The position numbers and the translations under genes are program-made. Below are positions 62,962-64,000 of a DNA stretch of 64,000 bases, in pieces. Location: NCBI GenBank assembly GCA_026770705.1, contig JANJGN010000034.1:11160001-11224000 (forward strand). The letters run 5' to 3'. Every line of letters begins with the position of its first letter. Within the stretch, counting starts at the first letter, position 1. Below the pieces are notes generated by a model that was not told where the DNA came from, did not search any database, and saw nothing but the letters and a program-made list of their open reading frames with translations. This DNA is from Isurus oxyrinchus. Lineage: Eukaryota.

Positions 62962-63155
62962 AGAGGTAAAAGCAAAGAACTGCGGATGCTGGAAATCCAA
63001 ATCAAAAACAGAAACAGAAATACCTGGAAAAACCCAGCAGGTCTGGCAGCAGACCCGTTGTTGAAGGGTCTTGAGGACTCGAAACGTCAACTGTGCTCTG
63101 CTCCGGCGATGCTGCAGACCTGCTGAGTTTTTCGAGGTATTTCTGTTTCTGTTCT
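62962..63155. mobile_element. Palindromic PLE-terminus mini-element with 12-bp TSD
   Basis: ~45-bp inverted arms (63004-63051 / 63110-63155) around a hammerhead-like loop; TSD GATTCAAGATGC (62950-62961, 63156-63167). Confidence 0.85.
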
Positions 63156-63637
63156 GATTCAAGATGCCGATTTCATTCAGAATCAGATGTGGCAGCAACA
63201 TCGGGTGCACAGATCTGGGTGGATGAGGCCCAGGCCGATGTTTATTCTCGGCTTCCGAGCTCCCACAGCGAACATTTCGTGAGCAACCCTCATCCCATCA
63301 AACCAATTTTCTCATCAGTGCAGCCAACTGTGTCCTTCGTATCTGACGTCATCACAACGTGCCATAAACATTCACACGTTGCTCCAATGACGCCACCAGA
63401 CAAACACGCACCGCGCCTTCTGCCATCACCGCGCATACATTCAAGCACAACCCACATCCCATAAGAGGTCTGTCCTGTCAATGGAGCTAAGTATACTCCG
63501 CGCATACCCCGGCTATCACCAACGTCATGAGGGTGCGCTGGCACGTTTCCCCATGCCTGGATTGATGACCTCATGCATAAACGCCATCTAGCATCTTGAC
63601 GTCCCCTCGCAAGCGCAGACCGAAAAATGTCACTTAC

Positions 63638-63955
63638 CGAGTACCTGTAGAGTGAACTGTGCTGTAGTTGAAAAACCCACATATGATTCCATTCTAACGG
63701 AGTAGTTTCCACTGTCCAAAGGTGTCACTGACTGCAGTAGGAGTGATCCGCTAGGGAGCAATAACTTAATCCTACCTTTGTAATTAGAATCTGCATCTAA
63801 TACTGGACCGATCCACTGAACTATATCTTTCATCCCGAATTGCCACTTCCCAACTATTGCCTCAACTGGCGGCTGCACTGAAAATAATGCGTTTCCTCCG
63901 ACGGTCACGTTAATATGGCTGTTTCCTGTCAGGGTACTGAAATCCTGGGGCTCAG
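63638..63955 (-). CDS. CEACAM-like cysteine-free V-type Ig exon (V2)
   Basis: tttccacag|CT...CTCG|gtaagt; 318 nt, phase 1-1; INVTVGGNALF...YKGRIKLLLPSGSLLLQSVTPLDSGNYSV. Confidence 0.85.
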
Positions 63956-64000
63956 CTGTGGAAAGAAAAAGCAGACTGTGAAAAGTGGCGAAACTCGACA

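Larger units (their letters stand above)
60400..64000 (-). repeat. Tandem segmental duplication (~60400-61505 vs ~62640-64000) carrying the two V exons
   Basis: Exons and flanking introns align (C-rich tract, ga(t)ggaaaac...gattcaagatg...caacatcgg, aaaagtgg..aaactcgaca). Confidence 0.8.

Overview
Vertebrate genomic DNA, most likely a shark or other cartilaginous fish (inferred from the CR1/L2 LINE, tRNA-SINE and Penelope-like repeat content). The window opens with a ~5.6 kb degenerate 23-bp satellite and is otherwise dominated by retroelement fragments. Three immunoglobulin-superfamily receptor genes can be assembled by hand from GT-AG, phase-compatible exons. (1) A complete 8-exon, 526-aa Siglec/MAG-like inhibitory receptor on the - strand (20525->8201). 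It has a V-set domain, three C2 domains (two from an exon duplication), a TM segment and an ITIM tail, and lacks the sialic-acid-binding Arg. (2) A compact 4-exon, 184-aa single-Ig (VSIG10-like) receptor on the + strand (40905->45571). Its TM has GxxxGxxxG and its tail has GYENPTY, the same motif as in APP. (3) A 5'-incomplete CEACAM-like receptor on the - strand (63955->52415) with two duplicated cysteine-free V domains, a TM segment and a Tyr-motif tail. The window also holds many Penelope-like terminal fragments with minimal type-I hammerhead ribozyme motifs. One has a canonical core (25981-26023), and three are palindromic hairpin mini-elements. All gene models are predictions without transcript evidence, and repeat boundaries are approximate.
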